Below are positions 13,364 to 26,064 of a DNA stretch of 64,000 nucleotides, one piece after another; positions within the stretch are counted from its first letter, which is position 1; every line of letters begins with the position of its first letter. Position numbers and translations under genes: made by a program. The DNA comes from the human T2T-CHM13v2.0 reference genome, Homo sapiens. Under the pieces are notes generated by a model. The model did not search any database and was not told the DNA's origin. It saw only the letters and a program-made list of their open reading frames with translations. Location: NCBI RefSeq assembly GCF_009914755.1, contig NC_060928.1. One strand, 5' to 3'.

Positions 13364-13671
13364 TTTTATTTTATTTTTATGTATTTATTTTTTTCAGATA
13401 GGGTCTCTCTCTATTGCCCAGGCTAGATTCCAGTGTCATGATCATAGCTCACTATGACCTCAGACTCCAGGGCTCAAGTAAGCCTCTTGAGTCAACTTCC
13501 CAAGTAGCTGACTACAGACATATGCTACCTAGTCCAGCTAATCTGTTTATTTATTTATTTATTTAGTAGGCACAGAGTCTCCCTAATTTGCCAGGGCTGA
13601 TCTTGAGCTCCTGGCCTCAAGAGATCTTCATGCCTGGCCTCCCAAAATGCTGGGATTACAGGTGTAAGCCA
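13364..13671 (-). mobile_element. Old Alu, AluJ-like
   Basis: Antisense Alu with J-type 'gatcatagctcact', 'gggctcaag', 'ctcctggcctcaag'; T-rich tail at left. Confidence 0.9.
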
Positions 13672-14592
13672 GAAATTTTAAAACAAGTAGAAATAGCAAA
13701 AAAGAGACAAAGAATCCTCCAATTAAACAAGGGGGTATAATGTAATTATAAACCAAGAAAAAAAATATAAGGTTGGAGGTAAGTAAAACAATATTAGAAA
13801 AGGTACATTTAATTGTATCATTGATCTTGCAATGCTTAGATACTACATTAAAAATCATGTCATGTAGAGTAGCAGTGATAAAGCAAAATACCTGATATGT
13901 AAATCTTTGAGAAAAAAACAAATTTGTATTAGAAAGTATGTGTATTGCCACTTTTTTCTATTCAGAAAAGTTAAGTCATAATGAGCAGCAGTAACAGAGC
14001 CATATGATTTCTACATCTTTTTTTTTAGGAAAACCAATAGAAGGGCTAATTTCTTCCAAGTGAACACACAAACTGTATCTGCATGTCAAGTTCTCGCTAT
14101 GATTAAATCATTCATAGACAGGAAAACCTGGCAGCTAAACAAAGTTTTATTTAAGACATCAAAATTGTGATCCCCTTAACCAAACAGATCAAACAGATGA
14201 CTTAAGAGTGCATCATCACCATCACACACATGTTGTCCATATGCATCTTAGGGCACGCCTGATGAATTTCAAGACAGTAAGTCTACATGTTTTATTTGCG
14301 TGGTGAGGAAATATATAACCTAATGAATGTTAGTAAAAACACAACTTACTCTGCAATTTATGAGAGGGTAAGAACATTATGCAATAATCTCTTTCAATAT
14401 TAATTTGTAGTTTATTGTTCATCATGTTTCTTTGCACCAATATAGCTACATATTATATTTCTTTATTATTTTTTAAGATAAATCTATGAAAGTTTTATGT
14501 CAAAATCCCATAAGCCATAGTCAGTTGTTTATCATTCCAGATTTTCTTCTTTATCTACTTTTTTATATCTGTCATGTGGACATAGGTCTTTT

Positions 14593-14669
14593 TGTATGTA
14601 TGTATGTATGGATGGATGGATGGATGGATGGATGGATGGATGGATAAATGATAGATGAGATAGATAGAT
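14593..14669. repeat. Compound tetranucleotide repeat (TATG)n(GATG)n(GATA)n
   Basis: Read directly. Confidence 0.9.
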
Positions 14670-15847
14670 TCTTATAGAGATATTTCATATTTTAAATAAT
14701 TAAATTTTATAATATTTATTATATTTTTTCCTAGTTCTTTATATATTCATATCACCAATGCATTATCTTCCTTCTGTTTTCCCATTAGTTTCGCTGCTCT
14801 AAAGTCAGATGTATAAAGGCTATGCAAAAACAATTCCATGGGGTGTATATCACTTAAAATCCTACAATTCTAGGTAAAGTTAGCACTGCTTTGAATTACT
14901 TTTAGTGACTTTGGATGCAAGTCAATGTGTATCAAAAATAATGGTATAAGACATTTTTAAATTACAACATCCATCATGTTCCTATTTTCTACCAAGAATC
15001 CTGAGAAATATCTAATGAAATTTCAACATAGAAAAATCTTGATCCTAATTGATCAATAAAAGGTCATAGTATCTAATACGTGGATCTTTATTATGGTACA
15101 CTTCAGCACGCTCTCTCTATATTTGTGTGATTCTAATTTATTTCATTTCTCTATTTTAAGGGAAATGAGTTGAATAATTTTTATTATTATGAATCAATCG
15201 CAATGCATTTATCCAAATAGACAAATTTATTATGTCATCTTTCAGAAGTGTGTTGAATATAATGTGGTGATTTTAATGTCATTCCTTGAATTTCACTTCC
15301 TGGGCCACAAATACTAATACTCACGTGTTTTTTAGCAAGACATATTATATATAATTAGTGACTTTGATATATGTATGAATTTTAACGTGATTTAAGTGAG
15401 GGTAAAAACAGCAAACATAACTAAAATTGTCATTATTATTATTGACTTTCTCAAAGACAAAAACATAATATTGAAAAAAGGCCTTCAAATTAAATTTTAT
15501 TTGCACTACGAATGATATAAGAGAAGTATTCTACTATTGTTTATAGTTTTGAATAAGATAACAATTGCCTTGAAAGATGAAGTCCTATCTTGATATTGTA
15601 GAAATAATTCATGGAAAAGAGAATGTAAATAAAATACTTTAATATTTTTATTTAGTGATTCTGTATATGCCCTTGACTTAGCAACGAATATTTATAGAGA
15701 AGTAGTCATATGACCTCAATTTTTAAAATTATTCCAAATATGTCTCATGTCAAATTAAGAAAAATATCGTTTCAATATTGTCGTTGTATTAACTCATCAG
15801 GTATTTTTCACACATTCTATTCTTTGTTCCTTATGTGACTCTACACC

Positions 15848-16806
15848 TTTTTTTTATTATTATCCTTTAAATTCTAGGGTACATGTGCACAACATGCAGG
15901 TTTGTTACATATGTATACATGCGCCATGTTGCTGTGCTGCACCCTTTAACTCGTCATTTACATTAGGTATATCTCCTAATGCTATCCTTCCCCCTTCCCC
16001 CTACCCCACGACAGGCCCGTACTGTCTTCCACAATGGTCGAACTAGTTTACGGTCCCACCAACAGTGTAAAAGCGCTCCTATTTCTCCACATCCTCTCCA
16101 GCACCTGTTGTTTCCTGACTTTTTAATGATCACCATTCTAACTGGTGTGAGATTTTATCTCATTGTGGTTTTAATTTGCATTTCTCTGATGGCAAGTGCT
16201 GATGAACATTTTTTCATGCGTCTGTTGGCTGCATAAATGTCTTCTTTTGAGAAGTGTCTGTTCATATCCTTCACCCACTTTTGGATGGGGTTGTTTGATT
16301 TTTTTCTTATAAATTTGTTTAAGTTCTTTGTAGATTCTGGATATTAGCCCTTTGTCAAATGGGTAGATTGCAAAAATTTTCTCCCATTCTGTAGGTTGAA
16401 TATTCACTCTGATGATAGTTTCTTTTGCTGTGCAGAAGCTCTTTAGCTTAACTAGATCCCATTTGTCAATTTTGGCTTTTGTTGCCATTGCTTTTGGTGT
16501 TTTAATCATGAAGTCCTTGCCCATGCCTATGTCCTGAATGGTAATGCCTAGTTTTCTTCTAGGGTTTTTATGGTTTTAGGTCTAACATTTAATCCATCTT
16601 GAATTAATTTTTGTATAAGGTGTAAGGAGGGGATCCAGTTTCAGCTTTCTACATATGGCTAGCCAGTTTTCCCAGCACCATTTATTAAATAGGGAATCCT
16701 TTCCCCGTTTCTCATTTTCTTCAGGTTTGTCAAAGATCAGATGGTTGTAGACATGTATTATTATTTCTGAGGGCTCTGTTCTGTTCCATTGGTCTCTCTC
16801 TGTCTG

Positions 16807-16880
<74 letters not shown>

Positions 16881-17258
16881 CACATATATATATATATATA
16901 TATGTGTATATATATGTTTTGGTACAAGTACCATGCTGTTTTGGTTACTGTAGCCTTGTAGTATAGTTTGAAGTCAGGTAGCATGATGCCTCCATCTTTG
17001 TTCTTTTGGCTTAGGACTGTCTTGGCAATGCGGGCTCTTTTTTGGTTCCATATGAACTTTAAAGTAGTTTTTTCCAATTCTGTGAAGAAAGTCATTGGTA
17101 GCTTGATGGGGATGGCATTAAATCTATAAATTACCTTGGGCAGTATGGCCATTTTCACGATATTGATTCTTCCTGTCCGTGAGCATGGAATGTTCTTCCA
17201 TTTGTTTGTGTCATCTTTTATTTCATTGGGCAGTGGTTTGTAGTTCTCCTTGAAGAGG
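15848..17258 (-). mobile_element. 5'-truncated L1PA (L1PA4/5-like) with a ~400-bp internal deletion and an internal microsatellite
   Basis: Poly-T then antisense 3'UTR; ORF track gives ORF2p peptides [24 protein letters not shown] and [19 protein letters not shown]; frameshifted, non-functional. Confidence 0.96.
16793..16915. repeat. (TC)n(TA)n compound microsatellite inside L1 ORF2
   Basis: Read directly. Confidence 0.95.
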
Positions 17259-17299
17259 ATCTTCCCAGATTAGACTAAAGGTTAGAGTAACATAGATGT

Positions 17300-17540
17300 T
17301 AGTCACTTATTGGAAGCAAGGAAAAGATTTTAAGAGGTGTTAAGTTACCAGTAGCATCTTACAGAAAGGCAAGTACAACCAGGAGAAAGATAATTCCAGT
17401 GAGTTTTGATTTTTAAAAGAGGTGTTGGTAATCAATTTAAGCATATTCAAAGGATTCATCATAGGCATAAGAGAGAAAGTAAGTGAAGATAATATAGACC
17501 ATTCATTCAAGAACCTTGTAGGGAATGACAGAGGAAAGTA
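17300..17540 (-). mobile_element. L2 remnant
   Basis: 'agaaaggcaagtac...gaggtgttggtaatc', 'aatatagaccattcattcaagaacctt' resemble antisense L2. Confidence 0.45.
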
Positions 17541-18534
17541 CAGTTTTGTTTTGATGAAGTTTAATATTAATGCAATGTTTGATGTGTTTTCTTTCCATTT
17601 TTGAGATAAAGGTGAGCACTTATATTAACAAATCAATAAGTAGATATTACATTATTTAAGATACTATAGATAGGCAATATAATAAACTGAACAGGATATA
17701 CAAAGAAGAAAAAGGAATATAATAAAAACAAATGGTAATAAAGTTTCCAAGATGAAATTAGTGTCAGGAAAATAACAAAAGAGATATTATTATATGTATA
17801 CTACTATATGTATTATAGTAGCACGCTGGAATGATTATGTACATTTTGTTCTTCAATATTAATTTTGCTCTCCCAATTTTCAACCCAGAAACTCATCACA
17901 TTTATAACTACCTAGCAAAATCTCATATTAGATATGAGAAAACAAAGACTCAGATGTTTGATTGATCTCTTCAAATCACCTGGAAAGGCAAATCTAAAAT
18001 AGAAAAGCCAAGGCACCTTAGAAGAGTTGGCATTTTCATCTTATCTGTTGTTTGCCCGTCTTAGTATTCTGATAGCCTCGAGCTAATCTACAGCAGGCCC
18101 ATCTCACATGCCCCAGGCTTCACAATCAGGATTGCACCTCCTTGTGGTTACGAAGTACTTTATCTGGGGAGAGAGATTATTGGGGACAGGGCTTCAGAGT
18201 CACGTGGTTAATTTTGCTGACTGTCTATGTGTTTTGAAATTTAGGTTGATAAACTCATTTTCTGCAGGAGGGTCTTACCTCCCCTCGTTTCTCCTCCCCT
18301 ACCTACATCTCTTCTCCTGTCCTCTCTTTAATCCCTGTTCCTCCACCATTTCTAAAAGATGAAATGATCTATTGATTCAGCCCCTTCATAAAACCTGAAA
18401 TTATTAATATTTTCACATACATTTGAAATTGGCCTATACATTTATTCGCTAGTACTGAATAATAGTGAATAATATAATTTTGAAGTCAACCTAATAATAG
18501 ACTCATAAAATAATTTCTGATTGTGATTCTCTGC

Positions 18535-18750
18535 CTGTAACATGCCCTGCTAAGGTCCCTGCCTCCCGGTGTCCATGCCCTCATATGAGCCTCTTCTGAG
18601 TGTGGGCTGATTTGTTAACTCATATCTAACTAATAGACGATGACAATACTGATGGGCTGTCAATTCCAAGATTATGCTACAGAAAGATTCTGGCTTCTGT
18701 TTTGGTTGCCTTCTCTGTCTCTCTGTCTCACTTTCACTTTCTCTCTGTGT
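18535..18750 (+). mobile_element. MLT1F/MLT1E-like MaLR LTR 5' fragment
   Basis: 'cctgcctcccggtgtccatgccctc...tgagtgtgggctg...tgatgggctgtcaattccaagatta' resembles the MLT1E/F 5' end. Confidence 0.65.
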
Positions 18751-19329
18751 TTCTCTCCTCGTTTTAATGATGGTTTATCTATCGTCTTAGCCTTTAGAAA
18801 TTCACCAGCTGTTATTTTGTAAAATATCTCTATTGCTTTGGTTATTCATCTCATGGATTTTTGTATATTTGTTATTTCTTTGTCCTGTTCTATTTCGTTT
18901 TTTTTTTTTTACTGTAGTTTTTTTAGTTCACCACATATCTTGTTTTTTATTATAAATGAGTTAATTCAAATCTTCATCGTTTCTTAAATACTCTTAATTA
19001 TATGTCTTTACACACAGAAACACAGAAACACACAGTTATCTCACAAACTAAAATTATTGTCATGTATCAAAACTTTTATCTTATTCATGAATACTTATTT
19101 AACTTGTTATACAATTGTAGATTGTCAGTTGGTTTGAAATATTTTACCATTGTTTCATGACATTGGCCAATTGGAACAAATCCTGTTATTCATCCAGTTC
19201 TTATTTCTTTGTAGGTAAACTCTTACATTTGCAGCTACAAATTTATTGCATAGGAAAAATTTGGCTATATATGTGTGTATACATACATACATACATATAT
19301 ATTATAATTATATATAAATTGTATATACT

Positions 19330-19629
19330 TCTGTAAAGTATAAAAATAAATATTTATAAATCGACCAACCAAAATAAGTAATGGAAAATTACCAGTGCCA
19401 TTAAAGGTCTCTCATTATCTGTATTTGGTCACATATTCTTCACTTACTGAGGTATAACAACTATCCTGAATATGAATATCCTGAATATTATCATTCCCAT
19501 GCTTTTATGTATATTTTAACATACATGTTTTAATTGCTGAAATATGCATATGCATGTATACATTCCAGAAATGTGTGAACAGTAGTTTCTGCTTTAACAG
19601 TTATTCTAATGTAGTATTCTACAAATTGC
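19330..19629 (-). mobile_element. Old L1ME-like 3' remnant; host of the L1PA7 insertion, continuing at ~21570-22090
   Basis: 'gaggtataacaactatcctgaat...tatcattcccatgc' and downstream 'gaggaattgctagggcataa' are antisense L1ME-type motifs. Confidence 0.55.
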
Positions 19630-21466
19630 TTTTTTTAAAAAAAAAAAATTATACTTTAAGTCCTGGGATACATGTGCAGAACATGCAGGTTTGTTACATA
19701 GGTATTCATTTGCCATGGTGGTTTGCTGCACCCATCAACCCATCATCTACATTAGGTATTTCTCCTAATGCTATCCCTCCCCTAGGCCTGAACCCCCGAC
19801 AGGCCCTGTATGTGATGTTCCCCTCCCTGTGTCCCTGTGTTCTCATTGTTCAACTCCCACTTATAAGTGAGAACACGTGGTGTTTGGTTTTCTGTTCCTG
19901 TGTTAGGTTGTTGAGAATGATGGTTTCCAGCTTTGTCCATGTCTCTGCAAAGGACATGAAATCATCCATTTTTATGGCTGCATAGTATTCCATGGTGTAT
20001 ATGTGCCACATTTTCTTTATCCAGTCTATCATTGATGGGCATTTGGGTTGGTTCCAAGTCTTTGCTATTGTGAACAGTGCTGCAATAAACATACATGTGC
20101 ATATGTCTTTATAGTAAAATGATTTATAATCCTTTGGGTGTATACCCAGTAATGGGATTGCTGGATCAAATGGCATTTCTGATTCTAGATCCTTGAGGAA
20201 TCCCCACACTGTCTTCCACAATGGTTGAACTAATTTACACTCCCACCAACACTGTAAAAGCATTCCTATTTCTCCACATCCTCTCAAGCATCTGTTGTTT
20301 CCTGACATTTTAATGATCACCACTCAAAATGGCATGAGATGGTATCTCCTTGTGGTTTTGATTTGCATTTCTCTAATGACCAGTGATGATGAGCTTTCTT
20401 TCCTATGTTTGTTGGTTGCATAAATGTGTTCTTTTGAGTAGTGTCTGTTCATATCCTTCAACCACTTTTTGATGTATTGTTGGTTTTTTTCTTGTAAATT
20501 TGTTTAAGTTCCTTGTAGATTCTGGATATTAGCCCTTTGTCAGATGGATAGATTGCAAACATTTTCTCCCATTCTGTAACTTGCCTGTTCACTCTGATGA
20601 TAGTTTCTTTTGCTGGGCAGAAGCTCTTTTGTTTAATTAGATCCCATTTGTCTATTTTGACTTTTGTTGCCATTGCTTTTGGTGTTTTAGTCATTAAGTC
20701 TTTGCCCATGCCTTTGTGCTGAATGGTACTGCCTAGGTTTTCTTCTAGAGTTTTTATGGTTTTAGGTCTTACATTTAAGTCTTTAATCCATCTTGACTTA
20801 ATTTTTGTATAAGGTGTAAGGAAGTGGTCCAGTTTCAGTTTTCTGCATATGGCTAGCCAGTTTTCCCAGCATCATTTATTAAATAGGGTTTCCTTTCCCT
20901 ATTGCCTGTTGTTGTCACTTTTGTCAAAGATCAGATGGTTGTAGATGTTTGGCATTATTTCCGAGGCCTCTGTTCTGTTCCATTGGTCTATATATATGTT
21001 TTGGTACCAGTAACATGCTGTTTTGGTTACTATAGCCTTGTAGTATAGTTTGAAGTTAGGTAGCATGATGCCTCCAGCTTTGTTCTTTTTGCTTAGGATT
21101 GTCTTGGCTATACAGCTCTTTTTTGGTTCCATATGAAATTTAAAGTAGTTTTTTCTAATTCTGTGAAGAAAATCAAAGGTAGCTTGATAGGGATAGCACT
21201 GACTGTATAAATTACTTTAGGCAGCATGGCCATTTTCACAATATTGATTATTCCCATCCTTGAGCATGGAACGTTTTTCCATTTGTTTGTGTCCTCTCTT
21301 ATTTCCTTGAGCAGTGGTTTGTAGTTCTGCTTGAAGAGGTCCTTCACATCCCTTGTAAGTTGGATTCCTAGGTATTTTATTCTCTTGGTAGCAATTGTGA
21401 ATGGGAGTTCACTCCTGATTTGGCTGTCTATTACTGGTGTATAGGAATGTTTGTGATTTTTGCACA
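19630..21466 (-). mobile_element. 5'-truncated L1PA7-like element (~1.8 kb)
   Basis: Antisense 3'UTR 'ctgggatacatgtgcagaac...cccatcaacccatcatctacattagg'; ORF2p C-terminal peptides in the track ([41 protein letters not shown]) in several frames. Confidence 0.96.
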
Positions 21467-23771
21467 AGCAAAATGTATATACATATATACATCCCTGAAA
21501 TTTATGGATAGTAGTTTCTGCTTTATTTAACAGTTGTTCTAATGTACTATTCTACAAGTTGCTTTTTTAAAGTCAATATTATATTTTAAGGATGTATTCA
21601 TATTAATGCATACAGTTATAAGCCATTACTTTTCATTACAGTGATTCTTTCATATCATGTGTATATCAGTTATTATTAACCATTCACCTGAGAGAGAACA
21701 TATGGGTGTGTATTTCATTATTATCAACAATAGCAGTACAGACATTTTTTAACGTCTCCGTGTTCTCCTCTGTACAATTCTCTTTAGTTAGTAAACTCTA
21801 GAGAGGAATTGCTAGGGCATAAAGTTTTAACAGTTTCATGACGCTTCCTTTCTTCCTTTCAAGTCACTTGTCTTATTCAAGAGAGTATAATCTTTTCCTT
21901 TCCTTTGTTCTTCTTAATACATTTCAGAATAACTTCATCAAGTTCCATGGAATTCCTATTGGGATTACAGTTAGAACTTCATTAAATATGCCGTTCTATT
22001 TAGGAAAAAAATAACATCCTCATTTTACTAATTTCTCCTTTCCTTAGGGAAGATAGAATACGTATATTTTTTCATTGATTTAGATCACCCTACAGTATGT
22101 ACCGAAAGGCATACTCCAAGTTGTTTATACCACTGCTCCATTGAAGACACAAATCTCCTTTCAAACAGCTTGAAAATTCCATGATTACATTCAGTAATTT
22201 GTAAAGCAAGACCTGAGTTCTTCCCTCTAGAAGACAATCTTAAAAAAGCAGAAAGGACATATTATTATAGATTTAGGATTCAGACTGGCTCTACCACTGA
22301 TTGCTGAGGCACCCAGAAGAGTATCTGTTTGATCATTCTTGCCAATTTTACCTCAAATAAGCCCAAATGATGATGATGGGGAATTTCAGCCTAAATGCCC
22401 ATCTTTCTCTGGGTCGTTATAGAAAGCAGTTAGTCAGCAGCAATGTCTTAATTAAATTCTATGATGACTGGATATATATGACGCTGCTGAACTTTCACAG
22501 CACATTGAGAGCAGTCCAGTGTCAAAAATATAATTATTTTGTGGTACTAAGTGACTATTCAAGAGTAAAGTGCTCTCTAGATTTTTGAGATATTGTCAGT
22601 TCAGATTTCCCTGAAAATGCATTTCAATTGGAAACTTCCCAACTACTTCTTAAATACTCTCCACAATTTTACAAGTTGACCATATACTATCAGATGGCAG
22701 ATTTCCTTTAATGCATTTATTTCCCCAGTTACTTTTCAAGTATGTTCATTTTTCTCTAGTCTCGTATTTAGCTCTTTACCTTGCTGTGCCAAAATATTGC
22801 AAATCGTCTCCAGAATGTCTATGTCTGTGAACTTCTTCAAGCTCAGAGGAAAATCTAGTAATTGCAAAGACCAAGAAAGAAATATCAAATGTTCTCTCTA
22901 CTTTGAATCACTTTAGTGCTTAGGGTAGAGGTATTACCTGTCATGTAACTCTAAATTAAATTTACTGGAAAAAAACAGCAATGACTTTCATTTTCTCCTT
23001 GTGATCAACTTGTTCATGTTGTCCTCAAAATTTTATGTATTTTCTTTGTATCTGGCCTTTTAATTATATTAACGGAATTACATTTTCACCTTCTTTGCCA
23101 ATTCATCTTTTCTCTTTATTTAAATACATAATGCTATATTACATATAATAATTATATATGTATTATTTTTAATAATATACATATATAATTATATATACTC
23201 ATATAATATTTAACAATTAAGTGTGCTTAGCATTATTGGCAATTGATTCCATAATAGTAAAAACAAGATTACAGATTATCTCAAGATTAATATTGTTGCT
23301 CTAAAAAGGTTTTCCTCTGAATAAGAATGCTTTTTCCTATTAAAGAAAAGTCATTTTAATATTCTAAATGTATTCTCAATATCTTATAAATATATTTTAA
23401 TTATAACTCTAATTATTTGATACTTATTTGTGAAAATCCACTGAAAAGGAAATGGAAATATAGTAACAAGGAACAGATTGTAAATTGAAAACAGTTTAAG
23501 CCTAATACAGAATCAACAGAATTCTGACGGGCAAAGTACTTTTGCTAATGTATTGATTAATGTTTTTCAGCTGTTGGCATTCCTCAGTGCATATGGGTAG
23601 ACACAGATCTCTTGTCACCAGAGGCAGATGGAATAGCAGGAGGTCACTTCACCTGCTGCTCATAACTGTCAGTACTTGGCTTTTGGGCTGCCAGGCTACT
23701 CCAAAGGTTTGTGGGGGCCTAGAAATAGCGTTTCAAGCTGTGATTGGGATGGCCTGTTTTTTTTCTAACAG

Positions 23772-23804
23772 CAACTACTTCTATGTGTATATGAGATAAA
23801 AGAG
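23772..23804 (+). other. Candidate 33-nt microexon (unverified)
   Basis: Acceptor ttttttttctaacag and donor GAG|gtaagc. Confidence 0.2.
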
Positions 23805-24729
23805 GTAAGCTCTTTCAGTTCTCGTTAAAACCATGAAGATTTGCTCCTTATTGCAGGACTAGCACCCCTTCTTCATTCCCTGTCTCATCATTTCCCCAGC
23901 CTACCCCTCCACATCCATTTTATAATAAAAATTAAACAAAGAAATGTAATGCTTTCCACTGATTTTTTCAGGCAGGCCTCAGTAACGTAAAGCAAACTAC
24001 ATTCTATGTTGGCCAAAAAGAAACAGTCTATGCAGAATAGGGAAAGCTAATAATAAATTGAAACCTGATAAGTAGGAAAGAAAACAGTTAAGAAAGGAAA
24101 CACATAAGATCCTTAAGCTCACTGCCTGTGCATGATCAGCAGTAGGGTGTTAGAGTAAGATAGAAGATTGAGACAAGAAAGAAAAAAGAGAAAAATACAT
24201 CTCCTTTATGGCTTTTGTAATGGATTGAGTAAATAAGCCAAATGATGATGGCAAATATGAAATCTACAGCAACTACTAGTGATACTGCTGACCACAAGTG
24301 AAGGCAGGCTCCTTCAATTGAATAATGTAACAGCAGGAGCTCTCTAGAAAGGATTCATGACAAAAATAGCAACAGTATATTTATTATGAATACCATAGAC
24401 TGCCTGAAATAGGAAGAAACCTTTTAGGAGAGACTAAAAATTCCCTGGGTCCTCATTACTGCAGTCAACATAAAGAAGAGAGGAAAAATGGATGAATACT
24501 TCTTTCCATTTGAATGAAGAATGAGGATTAAAAAAACCCCACAGAGTGGCTTAATCGAACTTTGCTTTTTAAGCATGTTTACTATTAATCAAACCTAAAA
24601 GCCCACTGTGAAAAGCATTGCACTTTTACCCTTAATTAATGATGCCATGTTTACTTTCATTTAGGAATGTCCCCACATGTTACTGCAGGTTTGTCAGAGC
24701 CATTTGAGATCTAGCAAGCATTTGATAGA

Positions 24730-24900
24730 GGAATATAGAAATATAAAGCTGTTAAAGATCTTAGTTATATTATAGTTCACTCCATTTATTTGATAGATGA
24801 AAATAGAGTCCAATAGGAGTAATCAATTTTCACAAATCCACTCTAATGAGTAAATGAGCAAAATTTGTAGGGCTACTGATTCCAAACCATTGTGACTCCC
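24730..24900 (-). mobile_element. MIR (MIR3/MIRc-like) remnant
   Basis: Degenerate MIR core 'tccatttatttgatagatgaaaatagagtcc'. Confidence 0.5.
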
Positions 24901-26064
24901 AGACTGCTTTTATTTATTTGCATGTTTCATAATTAACTTTGAATCTAATGTTCTAGGAACATTGTTTTTAAATTAATGCCTTTTAGTTTGGATTTCCCAA
25001 CATAAATTTTAAATATAATTTTTGTCCCTCCTTTCAAGATTTTCAGGCCAAGGAGTGGTACCTAAAGAGTGTGGTTTATTGGACACCTGAGCTGTGGTGA
25101 CCAGCACACTATTGGGAACACCTAAGATCTATTTCTATCCCAGTTGTTTCTCCTACTGTTTTGAACTTTCCTAAGTTTTTTTTTTGAAACTATTTACTCT
25201 TTGATAATAAAAGAGAAATAAGTGAGTTATTTGAGTTAAAAAGTGTGTGGCTATCAAAATGAACATGATATAGGCTAAGACTGGTGTGAGGTAAATAAGT
25301 GTGTGTGTTTCAAAGCATAGAAAGCTATCCAATGACTTACAAACTCTTTTTCTCAAGCACATGGGTATACCCTACTGCTATACACAATTACTGAATTACA
25401 AACCACTGCATTTAGATAGTAGGGAGAACTGATGGAGGAAGAAAATATAAATACGAATATTAACCTCAGAAATAGATGTAGCGTAATTTTTACGCTTCAC
25501 CATGGTGACTTGAATTTCTCTCCTAAGTTACTGATAAATATAGATTTCTTTAATCAGGCTTGTCCTAAGGCGGTAATTACACTTTTCCTAAATTATTTTC
25601 TAAGTCTTTAACAACTCACAGAGTTTTAACAGTAGAGCTAAAGTGGCATTTCTTTAATTAGATTTATATTACATACATTTGTTTTTCTAAACAGGAAAAA
25701 GTGTGGTTTTTTTTAATAGTTTATAACTTACCTATGTTTATTCACTTCAATTAGTGTATACGGATATACCCATGGTTTCTGTTCTAGAGAAGTTAAATGA
25801 GATGTGTTTGCTTTACCTTTGTTAAATAACAATGTAATCAAAAATAGAATACTTTTACAGCTAGATCTGGAATTCAGCAAAATGACAAGGTCTGGAAAGT
25901 AGGCATCATGTTTTTCCATTCCTCCATCTTCTCCCAGGTGTTCAGTGCCCTCTCATGGCTCAATATTTCAGCAACGAGAGGTCACTTTTCCAAGCAATCC
26001 TCCATATTTCAAACCTTTTCTACTTCTTACTATTAATACATTTTATCTTTGCTATGCCTTCCAA

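Noticed and set aside
16171-21467. Minus-strand ORFs encoding L1 ORF2p-like peptides (also 30938-32602)
   Set aside because: They are fragments of 5'-truncated, frameshifted L1 copies, not functional CDS.
23149-23191. AT-only imperfect inverted repeat
   Set aside because: Such self-complementarity is expected in (TA)-rich low-complexity DNA.
25728-25919. Minus-strand 63-aa ORF ending near a strong donor-like AG|gtaagt
   Set aside because: The peptide is unrecognisable and the upstream acceptor is weak.
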